From the sequence record AF234173.1: a stretch of DNA of 64,000 nucleotides. The stretch is one strand, 5' to 3'. Below, piece by piece: positions 63,354 to 64,000 of the stretch. The notes below the pieces were generated by a model. The model had not been told where the DNA came from, ran no database searches, and worked only from the letters and a program-made list of their open reading frames with translations. The stretch's first letter is position 1, and every line of letters starts with the position of its first letter. The position numbers and the translations under genes were made by a program. This DNA is from Escherichia phage P1.

Positions 63354-63605
63354 TTAGTTACCGCTAATAGCTCGGTTGTAATCATTAACGTTGCGATTCT
63401 TCCTGTTAATCCCCATCAGCATCGTTTCTGTATCGAGGATATACGCTGGCAGATCATCAAAATATTCACTGCTAAACTCTGGCATCCTACACATAAATGC
63501 ACTTTTGGGGGCAGGGTGGTTAACCTTTGTCGGCGTCGGCGTTAAATTCGCTGATCGACTCCCGGAGCAACCGCTGAGTGTCAGCAGGAATACGCTGGCG
63601 AACAT
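63354..63605 (-). CDS. mlp: Putative lipoprotein (lipobox LTLSGC)
   Basis: Signal peptide with lipobox; start taken at internal ATG 63605, the ORF track gives 63686. Confidence 0.45.
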   Translation of the reverse strand: MFASVFLLTLSGCSGSRSANLTPTPTKVNHPAPKSAFMCRMPEFSSEYFDDLPAYILDTETMLMGINRKNRNVNDYNRAISGN

Positions 63606-63969
63606 TACCCGCCGCAACCAGTTGTTTCTGAACTTCAGCTTTTCGTTCCATTTGCCTGTCAGCATACTTGGCTTGTTCTGATTCATTTTTCACTTCCTGG
63701 CTGTGAAAATGTTGCTCTGCTTTGTTCATCGTCTCAATGGTCTGGTTAAGATCCATTATTGACTTATCACGTTCCTTAACAGCCTGATCAAGACTGCCAA
63801 TTTTCTCTATGGCTTGCTTTAGCTGATGACGTTCCCATGCAAACCCAGCACCAACAAGTGCGCAAATCAGAACAAGAACACCAGTAGCAGCAAGTTTCTC
63901 CTTCAAAGACAAAGCTGTTTTTAACGTAGAAAAGAATGACATGTCTTCCTCCTGAAGAAAAATTATCAA
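63520..63969 (-). CDS. Hypothetical membrane-anchored coiled-coil protein
   Basis: 149-aa ORF with one hydrophobic segment; overlaps the upstream part of the mlp ORF. Confidence 0.35.
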   Translation of the reverse strand: MIIFLQEEDMSFFSTLKTALSLKEKLAATGVLVLICALVGAGFAWERHQLKQAIEKIGSLDQAVKERDKSIMDLNQTIETMNKAEQHFHSQEVKNESEQAKYADRQMERKAEVQKQLVAAGNVRQRIPADTQRLLRESISEFNADADKG

Positions 63970-64000
63970 TGAAGTCCTTTGTTACTGTGCCGCTTTGTTT

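Overview
By gene content, order and protein sizes this 64-kb window is collinear with the lox-proximal two-thirds of a bacteriophage P1-type phage-plasmid genome. No database search was possible; calls rest on recognised protein sequences and motifs and on structure visible in the sequence. Start codons are uncertain by a few codons in several genes, and many P1 gene symbols for small ORFs are from memory of the P1 map and are given low confidence. In order, the window holds: a partial loxP site and cre; ref and mat; a type III R-M operon (mod, res) interrupted by IS5; lxc-ulx-darB; portal and protease; a lone endolysin gene; ssb; IS1 flanked by isaA and isaB; the darA operon with holin-like genes; cin with the 4.2-kb invertible tail-fibre segment; tail and baseplate genes through sit, tub and pmgC; the sim locus; immI (c4 antisense RNA, icd, ant); kilA-repL; rlfA-rlfB; tail sheath and major capsid genes; and the plasmid maintenance module parS-parB-parA-incA-repA-incC/oriR. 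The best candidate for an undescribed system is the AT-rich, translationally coupled rlfA-rlfB pair. Other points worth follow-up are the IS5 insertion that rewrites the Mod C-terminus, the AT-rich orphan isaB next to IS1, a terminator-like hairpin abutting the ref start codon, and a recurrent AGTCAYTTGTT motif in front of late operons.
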